A stretch of 36,500 bases of DNA from an uncultured Caulobacterales bacterium (GTDB taxonomy: Bacteria > Pseudomonadota > Alphaproteobacteria > Caulobacterales > Caulobacteraceae). Made by a program: the position numbers and the translations under genes. Location: contig CAISYT010000059.1 of the NCBI GenBank assembly GCA_903889785.1, positions 1 to 36,500 of the forward strand. The letters run 5' to 3'. Every line of letters begins with the position of its first letter. Within the stretch, counting starts at the first letter, position 1. Below are positions 22,575 through 32,729 of this stretch, one piece after another. The notes under the pieces are model-generated. The model was not told the DNA's origin and made no database searches. It saw only the letters and a list, made by a program, of their open reading frames with translations.

Positions 22575-24464
22575 CTACTGGACGAGCTTAGCGATAATCA
22601 ACGTCGCCGCGTCGTCTGGCGTCTGACCGGCCAGGATCGTCACCTCGGCATGTTCCGGGGCCTCATAAGGACTGTCGATGCCGGTAAAATGCTTCAGCTC
22701 GCCCGCGCGAGCCTTCTTGTAGAGGCCCTTAACATCGCGCGCCTCGGCCACCGCCAGAGGGGTGTCGACGAACACCTCGAAGAACTGCCCCTCCGGCACG
22801 CGCTCGCGCGCCATGCGGCGCTCGGCCCGGAACGGCGAGATGAAACTGACCAGCACAATCAGGCCGGCGTCGGCCATCAGGGCCGCAACCTCAGCCACGC
22901 GGCGGATGTTTTCCACCCGGTCGGCGTCGGTGAATCCTAGGTCACGGTTCAGCCCGTGGCGGACATTGTCGCCATCGAGAATGTAGGTGTGCTTGCCCGC
23001 CGCGTGCAACTGGCGCTCCAGGGCATTGGCGATGGTCGACTTGCCTGAGCCCGACAGGCCAGTGAACCAGACCACGGCAGGCGTCTGCCCCTTGGCCGCA
23101 GCCCGGCTAGCTGGCGTCACATCCAGTGCCTGACGGTGGATATTGTGCGAGCGGCGCAGGGCAAATCGGATCATGCCCGCGCCGGCGGTGGCATTGCTGA
23201 TGCGGTCGATCAGGATGAAGCCCCCCATATCGGGGCTGGCTTCATAGGGGTCGAAGGCCACGGTCTGGTCGAGGCTGATATTGACCACAGCGATCTCGTT
23301 GAGGGTCAGATCCTTGGCCGCCAGATGCTCAAGCGTATTGATATTGATCTTGTGCTTGATCTCGGTGACCGAGGCGCCGACCGTCTTGGCACCGATCTTC
23401 AGCCAGTAGGGCCGCCCCGGCAGCAGTGGGTCATCGGCCATCCACACCAGGGCGGTCTCGAACTGGTCGGCGGCTTCCGGCGGGTCGGCGGCGGCGGCCA
23501 GAACATCGCCGCGCGAACAGTCGATTTCGTCGGCCAAGGTCAGTGTCACCGACTGGCCAGCCACGGCCTCGGTAAGATCCCCATCATAGCTGACGATGCG
23601 CGAAACCGCGCTGGTACGGCCGCTGGGCAGCACGCGGACGGCGTCACCCAGCTTGACCGAACCGCGGGCGATCTGGCCGGCAAATCCGCGGAAGTCCAGG
23701 TCGGGCCGGCTGACCCACTGCACCGGTAGGCGGAACGGCCCAGCCTGCTGGCGGTCGGCGTCGAGCTCGACGGTCTCCAAATGGGGCATCAAGGATGGGC
23801 CCCTGTACCAGGGCGAGGCTACGCCGGGAGCGGCGATGTTGTCGCCCTGCAGGCCGCTGATCGGAATGGCCAGGATATCCGTCAGGTCAATGCTATCGGC
23901 GAAGGCCTTATAGTCGGCGACGATCTCGTCGAACCGCGCCTGGTCCCAGCCGACCAGGTCCATCTTGTTGACCGCCAGGACCACCGACTTGATGCCGACC
24001 AGCTTGACCAGAAAGCTGTGCCGGCGGGTCTGGGTTAGCACACCCTTACGGGCGTCGATCAGGATCACCGCCAGGTCCGCCGTTGAGGCACCGGTGATCA
24101 TATTGCGGGTGTATTGCTCATGCCCCGGCGTGTCGGCGACGATGAACTTGCGCTTGTCGGTGGCAAAGAACCGGTAGGCAACGTCGATCGTGATGCCCTG
24201 CTCGCGCTCGGCGGCCAGACCATCGACCAACAAGGCGAAATCAAGCGCCCCGCCCTGGGTGCCAACCCGCTTGGAGTCCGCCTCCAGCGCCGCCAGCTGA
24301 TCCTCGAAGATCATCTTGGAGTCATAGAGCAGTCGGCCAATGAGGGTGGACTTGCCGTCGTCCACCGAGCCACAGGTGATGAAGCGCAGCAGGCTCTTGT
24401 GCTGGTGCAGGTCGAGATAGGCGCCGATATCCTCGGCGATCAGGTCAGAGGGCTTATAGGCCAT
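22575..24464 (-). CDS. cysNC: Bifunctional sulfate adenylyltransferase subunit 1 / APS kinase (CysNC, NodQ-type)
   Basis: [33 protein letters not shown]; C-terminal [22 protein letters not shown]; ATG at 24464 preferred over 24521. Confidence 0.96.
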   Translation of the reverse strand: MAYKPSDLIAEDIGAYLDLHQHKSLLRFITCGSVDDGKSTLIGRLLYDSKMIFEDQLAALEADSKRVGTQGGALDFALLVDGLAAEREQGITIDVAYRFFATDKRKFIVADTPGHEQYTRNMITGASTADLAVILIDARKGVLTQTRRHSFLVKLVGIKSVVLAVNKMDLVGWDQARFDEIVADYKAFADSIDLTDILAIPISGLQGDNIAAPGVASPWYRGPSLMPHLETVELDADRQQAGPFRLPVQWVSRPDLDFRGFAGQIARGSVKLGDAVRVLPSGRTSAVSRIVSYDGDLTEAVAGQSVTLTLADEIDCSRGDVLAAAADPPEAADQFETALVWMADDPLLPGRPYWLKIGAKTVGASVTEIKHKININTLEHLAAKDLTLNEIAVVNISLDQTVAFDPYEASPDMGGFILIDRISNATAGAGMIRFALRRSHNIHRQALDVTPASRAAAKGQTPAVVWFTGLSGSGKSTIANALERQLHAAGKHTYILDGDNVRHGLNRDLGFTDADRVENIRRVAEVAALMADAGLIVLVSFISPFRAERRMARERVPEGQFFEVFVDTPLAVAEARDVKGLYKKARAGELKHFTGIDSPYEAPEHAEVTILAGQTPDDAATLIIAKLVQ

Positions 24465-24470
24465 TACCCC

Positions 24471-24555
24471 GTCACCCCGACGAGCGCGCAGCGCGGCGCC
24501 AAGCCCCAGATGCCTGCGCATTTCAAGCTGGATCCCGGCTCGAGGCCGGGATGAC
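24471..24555. repeat. REP/CIR-like palindromic intergenic element
   Basis: Terminal inverted repeats GTCACCCCG / CGGGATGAC (one mismatch) with inner hairpin ATCCCGGC-TCGAG-GCCGGGAT. Confidence 0.7.
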
Positions 24556-24576
24556 AGAAGCGGGCAACCGGCTTCA

Positions 24577-25479
24577 TCAGAAGTAGCCCTCCTGCTTCTT
24601 CTTCTCCATCGAGGCGGCCTGGTCGTGGTCGATCATCCGGCCCTGGCGCTCGCTGGTTGTCGCCAGCAGCATTTCCTGGATCACGTCCGGCAGGGTGGAG
24701 GCGTCGCTCTCAACCGCCCCGCTCAGTGGGTAGCAGCCCAGGGTACGGAACCGCACCGACTTCATCTGTGTGACTTCGCCCGGATTTAGCCGCATGCGGT
24801 CGTCATCGACCATGATTAGCTGACCGTCGCGCTCAACCACGGGCCTCGGCTTTGCCAAGTAGAGGTCGGGGATCGGGATGTTTTCCAGATGGATGTATTG
24901 CCAGACGTCCAGCTCGGTCCAGTTGGAGATCGGAAAGACGCGGATCGATTCACCCGGACGCTTCTTGGTATTGTAGAGTCGCCAGAGCTCGGGTCGCTGG
25001 TTCTTCGGGTCCCAGCGGTGATCCTTGGAGCGGAAAGAGAAAATGCGCTCCTTGGCGCGGCTTTTTTCCTCGTCGCGGCGGGCCCCGCCGAAGGCCGCGT
25101 CGAACCCACCGTCGTCCAGCGCCTGTTTGAGCCCTTGGGTCTTCCAGATGTCGGTATGCAGGGCGCTACCGTGGTCGAACGGGTTGATGTTTCTGGCCAC
25201 GGCCTCGGGGTTTTTGTGCACGATCAGCTCGAACCCCAGCGACTTCGCCATCTGCTCGCGCATCGCGTACATCGCCTGGAATTTCCAGGTGGTGTCGACG
25301 TGCAGCAGCGGGAACGGCGGCTTGGCCGGGTAGAAGGCCTTGGCGGCCAGTCGCAACATCACCGCGCTGTCCTTGCCGACCGAGTAAAGCATCACCGGCC
25401 GCTCGCACTCCGCCGCAACCTCGCGGAGGATATGGATACTCTCGGCTTCCAGGCGCTGCAGGTGGGTAAGACTAGGCAA
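24577..25479 (-). CDS. cysD: Sulfate adenylyltransferase subunit 2
   Basis: [58 protein letters not shown]; likely TTG start at 25479 after AGGA. Confidence 0.96.
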   Translation of the reverse strand: MPSLTHLQRLEAESIHILREVAAECERPVMLYSVGKDSAVMLRLAAKAFYPAKPPFPLLHVDTTWKFQAMYAMREQMAKSLGFELIVHKNPEAVARNINPFDHGSALHTDIWKTQGLKQALDDGGFDAAFGGARRDEEKSRAKERIFSFRSKDHRWDPKNQRPELWRLYNTKKRPGESIRVFPISNWTELDVWQYIHLENIPIPDLYLAKPRPVVERDGQLIMVDDDRMRLNPGEVTQMKSVRFRTLGCYPLSGAVESDASTLPDVIQEMLLATTSERQGRMIDHDQAASMEKKKQEGYF

Positions 25480-25856
25480 GGGTTTTCCTAAAAGCTTGCG
25501 GCGGGCCGCAGGGGCGCTCCTATAGGGGTTGCGCACGATGGCGTCTCGATAGGGAGCTTGGCGTGGGACTTAGAAAAACTCCAAGCCGGCAACGGCGATA
25601 TTAGCCCGACCCGGCCTAAGGAGAAATAGCCCAGGGTGCCGGTACCCCTCCGCATCGGCGCGGTAGAGAGGCCCTAAGGGCCTCTCGCCTGGCGTTCGAC
25701 GCCGCCATCTTGCGGCGCTGGAGGCCAACTTCAGGGTGCGGTGATTTCCGAATTGTCGGAGTCCGTGCTACGCAAATCTTGTTGAGGCGACCCGATGATG
25801 CAGACCTCGGTCTCAGCAATGCGTCGCTAACCTGAGCCGAATTGAGTTTGCCGACC

Positions 25857-26996
25857 ATGGACGAATCCGACTCGATGGCCGTTATTCGTCATTGCATTGC
25901 GATCGTGGCGGTCATCGCGATGGGTGCGGCCGCCTATGCCCTGAGCGATATCCTCACACCCCTCGCCCTGGCGGTGTTTCTCAGCATTCTGATCGACGGG
26001 TTTGTGCGAGTGCTGAGCCATCGCGCCCGGCTGCCGGCACAGGTCGCCCTGACCGTGGCGCTACTGCTGTCGACGCTACTCTTTGGCGGGGCCCTCTATG
26101 TGATCGCAGATAGCGGGGCTGGGTTCGTCAACGAGTTGCTCGGCTATGGCCCCAAGCTCAACGCCGTGATCGCCCAGGCGGCGGGACTATTTCATATCGC
26201 CGTACCGCCCACGCTGGGTGAGCTGTTCCAGCAGCTCGACCCGATGAAATTCATCGCGCCTGCTGCTGCCGGCCTCAAGGGGTTTGCGGCCAACGCCCTG
26301 TTCGTCCTGGTCTATATGGGCTTTCTGTTTGCCTCGCAGCATGGGTTCCGTCGGAAACTGGTGTCGTTGTTCCCAAATCGGGCGACGCGCGAGAACGCCA
26401 TCCATGCCTTCGAGCGCATCCGCAACGGCATTGAGCAGTACCTCTATGTGCAAACCGTCACCGGCCTGATCATCGCGGCATCGGCATGGGCGGTGATGTC
26501 GCTGATCCACCTCGATAACGCCCTGTTCTGGGCCTTCTTGATGTTCGTGGTCTGCTACATCCCAGTAATCGGCGGCGCGGTGGCGGTCATACTGCCGCCG
26601 GTCTTCGCCATGGTGCAGTTTCCAACCTACGGGCCGGCGGTGGTGCTGATATGCGCCCTTGCTGTCATCCATTTTGTTGTCGGCAACATCATCTTGCCTC
26701 GCATGCAAGGCGAGAGCCTGAACATGGACCCCGTGGTCCTGCTGCTGTCACTGGCGTTCTGGACGGCGATCTGGGGCCTGCCGGGAGCGTTTCTATCCAC
26801 CCCCCTGACAGTCACGGCTATGGTCATCTTGGCCCAGTTCCCCGCGTCGCGGTGGATCGCGGTGTTGCTATCCGGCAATGGCGATCCTGAGTCCGCAGGC
26901 CGCAGCCGGGTTGGATACACGCCCGGCGAAGCACCGCTGGTGCCGCCAGCCCCGCCGGACAGACCACAGAAAAGGCGCTCCGTCACGAAAGCGTGA
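25857..26996 (+). CDS. AI-2E family transporter
   Basis: Multi-TM protein; ILTPLALAVF, YIPVIGG, GNIILPRMQGESLNMDPVVLLLSLAFW..IWGLPGAFLSTPLT. Confidence 0.9.
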   Translation: MDESDSMAVIRHCIAIVAVIAMGAAAYALSDILTPLALAVFLSILIDGFVRVLSHRARLPAQVALTVALLLSTLLFGGALYVIADSGAGFVNELLGYGPKLNAVIAQAAGLFHIAVPPTLGELFQQLDPMKFIAPAAAGLKGFAANALFVLVYMGFLFASQHGFRRKLVSLFPNRATRENAIHAFERIRNGIEQYLYVQTVTGLIIAASAWAVMSLIHLDNALFWAFLMFVVCYIPVIGGAVAVILPPVFAMVQFPTYGPAVVLICALAVIHFVVGNIILPRMQGESLNMDPVVLLLSLAFWTAIWGLPGAFLSTPLTVTAMVILAQFPASRWIAVLLSGNGDPESAGRSRVGYTPGEAPLVPPAPPDRPQKRRSVTKA

Positions 26997-27006
26997 TGGT
27001 GCTGGG

Positions 27007-27034
27007 CTTAAACTGAGGCCGCGCACTCCTATTT
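27007..27034 (+). promoter_or_regulatory. Putative RpoH (sigma32)-type promoter
   Basis: CTTA-N17-CCTATTT versus the alphaproteobacterial RpoH consensus CTTG-N17/18-CYTATNT (one mismatch). Confidence 0.4.
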
Positions 27035-27039
27035 AGTAG

Positions 27040-27171
27040 TTGTACCAAGTCACATCTTGGACTTGGACGGTTCGGTGGGTGCCGCCCCAGCACATGTCCG
27101 TCCTAAAAAGGCTCTGCACGTTCAGACGCCATATTGCGCCGTCGGCCACCCCCCCTGGCCGGCGGCGTTTT
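27040..27171 (+). ncRNA. Candidate small RNA
   Basis: Promoter-like motif, two hairpins and a terminator within a gap between convergent genes. Confidence 0.45.
27136..27171 (+). terminator. Rho-independent terminator
   Basis: CGCCGTCGGCCA-C7-TGGCCGGCGGCG followed by TTTT. Confidence 0.75.
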
Positions 27172-27193
27172 GGTGTCGAGATTGCGCCGCGGC

Positions 27194-28789
27194 TTAGTGC
27201 CGGAAGACCCGAACGCCAGTGAACACCATGGCCAGGCCGCGCTCGTCTGCGGCGTCGATCACCTTCTGATCCCCGATGGAACCGCCGGGCTGGATCACCG
27301 CGGTGCAGCCCGCATCTGCGGCCTGAATCAAGCCATCCGGGAACGGGAAGAAGGCCTCCGAAGCACAGGCGCTGCCCTTCAGGTCGAGGCCGAAATCGGC
27401 GGCCCGAAGCGCGGCAATGCGGGCGCTATCCTTGCGGTTCATTTGGCCAGCCCCCACGCCCAGCGTCTGACCGGCACGCGCATAGACGATGGCGTTGGAC
27501 TTGACGTGTTTGGCGATAGTGAAAGCGAAGAGCATGTCTTGGATCTCTTCGTCCGTCGGCGCGCGTTTGGTCACGACTTTTAAGTCCGCCGCGGTCAGGC
27601 GCGCAGCGTCGCGGTCCTGCACCAGGAAGCCCCCAGCAACCGACTTGAAGGTCAGGCCCACGCTGAGCGGATCGGCCATGGCGCCGGTGGTCAACAGGCG
27701 CACGTTCTTTTTGGCCGCGAACAGGGCGGCCGCCTCATCATCGACCTCGGGAGCGATCACCACCTCGGTTAGAAGCTTGAGGATTTCAACGGTTGTCGCC
27801 GCGTCGAGCCGGCTGTTGCAGGCGATTATGCCGCCAAAAGCGCTGGTCGGATCGCAGGCTAGGGCGCGGGCATAGGCGTCAAACAGGGTCTTTCCGGTCG
27901 CCACGCCGCAGGGATTGGCGTGCTTGATAATGGCGCAGGCCGGTCCGGTCTTCCGATCAAACTCGCTGACCAATTCGAAGGCGGCGTCGGTATCGTTGAT
28001 ATTGTTGTAGCTGAGTTCCTTGCCTTGCCACTGCTGCGCCGTTGCCACGCCCGGCCGCGACTCGCTGGTCCGGTAAAAAGCCGCCTTCTGGTGCGGGTTC
28101 TCGCCGTAGCGCATGGTCTGGACGAGTTGGCCGGCGATGGTCTTGTGGGCGGGAAAGTCGTAGCCCAGCTGTGCGGCGAACCAGGCGCTGATCGCCGCGT
28201 CATAGGCTGCCGTCACCGCATAGGCCCGCGCGGCCAGGGCTTTTCGCAAGGCCAGGGTGGTCGAGCCGCCCGTCTCCGCGAGCACGCCGAGGATGTCTTG
28301 CATATCGGCCGGCGAGGTCGCGACCGCCACATACCCATGGTTCTTCGAACCGGACCGGATCATGGCTGGGCCCCCGATATCGATGTTCTCGACGCAGGCG
28401 TCGTAGCCGCCTCCGGCCGCTACGGTCTGACTGAAGGGGTATAGATTCACATAGATCAGATCGATTTGGCTGATGCCATGCTGGCTCATGGCCGCCGCGT
28501 GAGACGGGGCGTCGCGCACACCCAGCAGGCCACCGTGCACCACCGGGTGCAAGGTCTTGACCCGCCCGTCCATCATCTCGGGAAAACCGGTCAGCTCGCT
28601 GATGTCCTTAACCGCGAGGCCGGCAGCGGCGATGGCCGCCCGTGTACCGCCCGTCGAAATCAGTTCGACGCCCAAATCGCTCAGCGCCTTGGCGGCCTCA
28701 ATTAGGCCGGTCTTATCAGAGACCGACAGCAGGGCGCGGCGGACCGGCGCCAGGTCGGGCGAGGGTGGAAAATCAGGGGCGGCAGGCAT
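27194..28789 (-). CDS. purH: Bifunctional AICAR transformylase / IMP cyclohydrolase
   Basis: [68 protein letters not shown]. Confidence 0.98.
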   Translation of the reverse strand: MPAAPDFPPSPDLAPVRRALLSVSDKTGLIEAAKALSDLGVELISTGGTRAAIAAAGLAVKDISELTGFPEMMDGRVKTLHPVVHGGLLGVRDAPSHAAAMSQHGISQIDLIYVNLYPFSQTVAAGGGYDACVENIDIGGPAMIRSGSKNHGYVAVATSPADMQDILGVLAETGGSTTLALRKALAARAYAVTAAYDAAISAWFAAQLGYDFPAHKTIAGQLVQTMRYGENPHQKAAFYRTSESRPGVATAQQWQGKELSYNNINDTDAAFELVSEFDRKTGPACAIIKHANPCGVATGKTLFDAYARALACDPTSAFGGIIACNSRLDAATTVEILKLLTEVVIAPEVDDEAAALFAAKKNVRLLTTGAMADPLSVGLTFKSVAGGFLVQDRDAARLTAADLKVVTKRAPTDEEIQDMLFAFTIAKHVKSNAIVYARAGQTLGVGAGQMNRKDSARIAALRAADFGLDLKGSACASEAFFPFPDGLIQAADAGCTAVIQPGGSIGDQKVIDAADERGLAMVFTGVRVFRH

Positions 28790-28815
28790 GATGACGGCTC
28801 CATCGTTAGAACGGA

Positions 28816-28893
28816 GCCCAGGCGCGCGACATTGCCTCAGTGAGGGCCCGCGCTCCCCGGTGGTGAACCACCTCTAGCGCCAGTTACGCGGGC
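28816..28893 (-). promoter_or_regulatory. ZMP/ZTP (pfl) riboswitch
   Basis: Minus strand GCCCGCG-TAACTGGCG-..GGTGG-TTCA-CCACC-GGGGAG-CGCGGGC...GTCGCGCGCCTGGGC: P1, P2, P3 and GGCG/CGCC pseudoknot, directly upstream of purH. Confidence 0.9.
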
Positions 28894-28924
28894 ACGCCGG
28901 AGATGCTCGCGACGCGCGCACTCG

Positions 28925-30679
28925 TCAAGTTCCAGCGTCAGCAACCGCCAGCTTCCAGCGCACGCGGCCACCGATATCCGAACGGGCGCGGCCCATCAGC
29001 ACCACTTGGCTGGAGCTTCGAGACGTTCCGTCCGCGAAATGGAAACTGGGTTCGATCAACACCTCCGATGCGTCGCTGCGCAGCCACCAGCCCTGGTTGG
29101 AGGGCCCGCGAATCAGCACGCTCTTTTGGTCGCGCGCGAGCGAAGCCCGGGCGTCCGGATGCAGGTGAAATCGGACAGCAAAGGGCAGGTAGCGCGGCCG
29201 GGCAGACTTGGTCGTGCGCGGCTTGGCACCGATCAGATCAAGCCGGTCCTCGCCTCGAAGCTGGTTCTGCACCCGGTCCAGAAACAGTCGCCGAACGTGG
29301 CGAAGGCCAAAGCGCGGCCCCCAGGCATCGTGGCTTAGATCCAACCAGACCCCTTCCGGCCCATCGTGGCGGCGCGCCGTGACTTGGCGCGGCGCTCCGG
29401 CAAGGCGGGGCCCCAGCAGGGCCGCCGATGGGCCCAAGAGCGGCGCGCCCACCGACGACTCCCCCATTGCCAAGGTCGAGGCGGCGTCGACAAGGCGGAA
29501 GGCTGGCGGTGCGGCACCGTCGGGGCTCCAACCGCTGTTGGTGATCAGCCGGTCACGACCACAGATCACCTCAATCGCGAAGGGTTGGGCGCAGGCCAAA
29601 ACCGCGAAGTCGCCCTGGGCCGGCGCTCCCGCATCGACCATGGCCAGCAGCCCCCCACCGGTCAGCCGGTGATAGCCACTGAGCGGGACCGCATCCGGCG
29701 GACGGGTCATGCCGGAATCCTGTGCCAAGGCAGCGGCGACCCGGGCGGCACGCACCGACTCCCCACCCTGGAAAGACGCGAGGTGGCCGTCACTTAAGGT
29801 GAAAAATCGCACGGCATTCGACAGTCGGTCGATCGTACGGGTCAGCATTGGCGGCGGCTCCAGCCCGCGCTGGGACAGGGCATCTTCAAGCGTCAAAAGG
29901 TCGAACAACAGTTCCAGCCCGGCCTGCGGTGAGCGCGAGGCGTGAACGCCATCGGGCAGGACGGTGCGCGGTAAGAGCGATTCCAGCCGAGCGATGGCGG
30001 CCTTTCCGAGCCTTTCGCCCGGTCGGCCAGCCAGGGCGCAGGCGGCGACAGCCACCACCGCCGCCCGCTCTGCGGCACGGTCGGGGGCCTTTGAGAGGGT
30101 CAACAGGTGCCGAGCCTGCCGAGCTAGGTCCAGGGTCATGCTGGCGATCTCTGCGTCGGAGGCCCCCGCGGCCAGGGCGCCCAGGGCGCAGGCCAGATTG
30201 AACACCCGGCGCTCCAGAATAGCGGGGCTCCAGGAAAAAGTGTTCCAAGACCCAAACAACCGCCGCCACTGCATATGAAGCCGCAACGCCTGGGTTGGGC
30301 CTTGCGCCGTGTCGGCGAGAAGGTCGCGGATCCAATCGTATCGGTGCAGGGCCTGGGCCAGGCGATAGGTCGGACTGGGCAGGTCCCACGGGTCGCCCGT
30401 GGGGCCCAACTGCAGGACGGAGCCCCCGAGATCGAAATCACCGCGTAAAATAGCGCGCGCCTTGATCGGATTGGCGGGACGGAAATCACGCGGGCGAGAG
30501 GCAATGCCTTTCGGCGTGGGCCAGTTTAGCAACTGACCGTGAAGGGGCGAGCCGTACCATTCGCCATCCCAAGCGGCGCGGAGCAGGCGCAATCCAGCCA
30601 GGCCGGTCTCGCCGATAAGGCTAGGAAGTCGCGCCAGCACGGCGCTGCGTCGGGAAGGATCTGCGGTGCCGTCGGGCAA
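28925..30679 (-). CDS. Heparinase II/III family protein
   Basis: VLPDGVHASRSP, RFFTLSDGHLASFQGG, SGYHRL, SHDAWGPRFGLRHVRRL, LRGEDRL, FAVRFHLHP; typical rsmB-purH neighbourhood. Confidence 0.85.
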   Translation of the reverse strand: MPDGTADPSRRSAVLARLPSLIGETGLAGLRLLRAAWDGEWYGSPLHGQLLNWPTPKGIASRPRDFRPANPIKARAILRGDFDLGGSVLQLGPTGDPWDLPSPTYRLAQALHRYDWIRDLLADTAQGPTQALRLHMQWRRLFGSWNTFSWSPAILERRVFNLACALGALAAGASDAEIASMTLDLARQARHLLTLSKAPDRAAERAAVVAVAACALAGRPGERLGKAAIARLESLLPRTVLPDGVHASRSPQAGLELLFDLLTLEDALSQRGLEPPPMLTRTIDRLSNAVRFFTLSDGHLASFQGGESVRAARVAAALAQDSGMTRPPDAVPLSGYHRLTGGGLLAMVDAGAPAQGDFAVLACAQPFAIEVICGRDRLITNSGWSPDGAAPPAFRLVDAASTLAMGESSVGAPLLGPSAALLGPRLAGAPRQVTARRHDGPEGVWLDLSHDAWGPRFGLRHVRRLFLDRVQNQLRGEDRLDLIGAKPRTTKSARPRYLPFAVRFHLHPDARASLARDQKSVLIRGPSNQGWWLRSDASEVLIEPSFHFADGTSRSSSQVVLMGRARSDIGGRVRWKLAVADAGT

Positions 30680-30687
30680 GGCCGCGC

Positions 30688-31341
30688 TCAGGTCCCGCGC
30701 AGGGCGGCGATATTGGCGGCGTACGCGCTGGCCCCGCCCTTGAAGGCAGCATTTCCGGCCACCAGGGCCGTGGCACCGGCAGCGACGCAGCGCGCGGCCG
30801 TCTCGGCATTGACCCCGCCATCAACCTGCAGGTCGATCTGGCGCGGGGATTGATCGATGATTGCCCGCACCCGCGCGATCTTGGAGATCGCACTCGGAAT
30901 GAAACTCTGGCCCCCAAAGCCCGGGTTGACCGACATGACCAGTACCAAGTCGACCAGGTCCAGAGTTTCTTCGACAACGCTCGGTGATGTGGCGGGGTTG
31001 AGCACCACGCCCGCCTTGGCGCCAAGTTCTCGAATTCGGCTCAAGGTGCGAGCCAGGTGGGGGCCCGCCTCCGGATGGACGCTGATAATATCAGCGCCGG
31101 CAGCCCGAAACGCCTCAAGATAGGGGTCCGCCGGACTGATCATCAGGTGACAGTCGATTGGGATCGACACCAGCGGACGGAGCGCCTTCACCACGTCAGG
31201 ACCGACGGTCAGGTTCGGCACAAAGTGGCCGTCCATCACATCGACGTGCAACCAATCGGCGCCGGCGGCCTGCATGGCCTGGGCCTCTTCCCCCAGGCGG
31301 GCGAAGTCGGCGGCCAGGATCGAGGGGGCGATTAGAGTCAT
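30688..31341 (-). CDS. rpe: Ribulose-phosphate 3-epimerase
   Basis: IAPSILAADF, HVDVMDGHFVPNLT, MSVNPGFGGQ, VDGGVN. Confidence 0.98.
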   Translation of the reverse strand: MTLIAPSILAADFARLGEEAQAMQAAGADWLHVDVMDGHFVPNLTVGPDVVKALRPLVSIPIDCHLMISPADPYLEAFRAAGADIISVHPEAGPHLARTLSRIRELGAKAGVVLNPATSPSVVEETLDLVDLVLVMSVNPGFGGQSFIPSAISKIARVRAIIDQSPRQIDLQVDGGVNAETAARCVAAGATALVAGNAAFKGGASAYAANIAALRGT

Positions 31342-31389
31342 GGGAAGCGACTTAACCCTGCGCCGGGCCTTACCTCAAGAGATTTGGGC

Positions 31390-32676
31390 TTAAGTGTTGC
31401 GGATGAAGCGCGCCGCGAAGAAGCCGTCCATGCCGCCCTCCATCTGGCTCGGCAGCAGGCGCAGCGCGCCGTTGACGGCGCTGGCCGCTGGCGCACCGCC
31501 CTCGCCTGGCACAACGGGATCGAGGGCGAATTCGGGATGTCGCTTGAGGAAACCCTGCGCTTGGCCCTCGCCCTCTTCCGGCTCAAGGGAACAGACGCAA
31601 TAGACCAGCCTGCCACGGGGCGAGACGCGTGCGGCGGCCGAGTCCAGCAGGCGCTTCTGCAGCGTCGCCACCGTAGCGAGGTCGCCAGGACGCGCCAGCC
31701 AAAGGGTTTCTGGGTGACGCCGGAATGTGCCGGTGGCCGAACAGGGTGCATCCAGCAGCACGGCATCAAAGGTTCGCGTATCTTTCCAGTCCACGCCGTC
31801 AGCGGCGGCAATTTCAGCCGTAAGGCCTGTGCGGGCCAGGTTTTCGCGCACCCGACGAAGGCGGGAGACCGAGCGGTCCAGGGCCGTGACGTCCGCGCCA
31901 GCGGCAGCCAATTGCAGGGTCTTGCCGCCCGGAGCCGCGCACATGTCAAGTACGGTCTGGCCAGGCTGGACATTCAGCAGGCGGGCTGGAATGGCGGCGG
32001 CGGCGTCCTGCACCCACCACGCACCGTCGGAAAATTCAGGCCAGCCTGAGACCTCGCCCTTAAGCCCCACCCGGAGCGAACCACCCGGCAGGACCGTCGC
32101 TTGCAGCGATTGGGCGAGCGCGGCGGCACCTGCGGCATCCTTCAGGGTCACATCGGTGGGCGGCTCTTGCGCGATCAGGGCGGCGATTGCCGCGGCCTGA
32201 TCGCCATAGGCGGCGCGCCAGCGGGCCCACATCCAGGGCGGGACGAGGCCCTCAGGGGCCTCCTCGCCGGGCGCAGCTTCAGACAGGCGGCGCAGCACGG
32301 CGTTGATCAGGCCCTTGAAGGGTCGCGCCTCTTTATCAGCCTGGGCTAGGTCAAGGGTGGCCGAAACCGCCGCAAAGGCCGGCACGTTCATATAGCGCAC
32401 CTGGGCCAACCCCAATCGCAGCAGGTCTCGCACGGCCGGAGGCGGCGGCTTGGCCAGCCTGGCATCCAGCGCCGCATCGAGCGGGCCCAGCCGCCGCAAC
32501 ACCGTCATTCCCAACATGCGCGCAAAGCCGCGGTCGCGGCCATCCAGCCCATGCAGGCCCGTAGCCTCTATGCCCTCATCGAGGCCGCCGCGCCGGTCGA
32601 GCGCGGCCTGGAAAAGAGTCAGGGCCGCCTTGCGGGCAGCCAGTCCGTGCTTGGTGTCTTGCGGAGCATTATTCAC
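31390..32676 (-). CDS. rsmB: RsmB/NOP family RNA m5C methyltransferase with NusB-like domain
   Basis: WWVQDAAA, DMCAAPGGKT, LLDAPCSATGT.RRHP, YCVCSLEPEEGE, DGFFAAR. Confidence 0.88.
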   Translation of the reverse strand: MNNAPQDTKHGLAARKAALTLFQAALDRRGGLDEGIEATGLHGLDGRDRGFARMLGMTVLRRLGPLDAALDARLAKPPPPAVRDLLRLGLAQVRYMNVPAFAAVSATLDLAQADKEARPFKGLINAVLRRLSEAAPGEEAPEGLVPPWMWARWRAAYGDQAAAIAALIAQEPPTDVTLKDAAGAAALAQSLQATVLPGGSLRVGLKGEVSGWPEFSDGAWWVQDAAAAIPARLLNVQPGQTVLDMCAAPGGKTLQLAAAGADVTALDRSVSRLRRVRENLARTGLTAEIAAADGVDWKDTRTFDAVLLDAPCSATGTFRRHPETLWLARPGDLATVATLQKRLLDSAAARVSPRGRLVYCVCSLEPEEGEGQAQGFLKRHPEFALDPVVPGEGGAPAASAVNGALRLLPSQMEGGMDGFFAARFIRNT

Positions 32677-32729
32677 CGGGGGCGGCGTGCCTGCTTAACG
32701 CGCCGCGCGCAAGAGGTTAGACAGGGGTT

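Noticed and set aside
24465-24521. N-terminal extension of CysNC in the ORF track
   Set aside because: Runs through the palindromic repeat; ATG 24464 gives a normal N-terminus
27040-27222. 60-aa ORF in the AI-2E/purH gap
   Set aside because: TTG start without RBS, poor codon bias, crosses a terminator and overlaps purH; RNA structure explains the region better
28925-32676. Heparinase II/III gene among rsmB-rpe-purH as a novel system
   Set aside because: This neighbourhood is common in Alphaproteobacteria; function is unclear but the arrangement is not new
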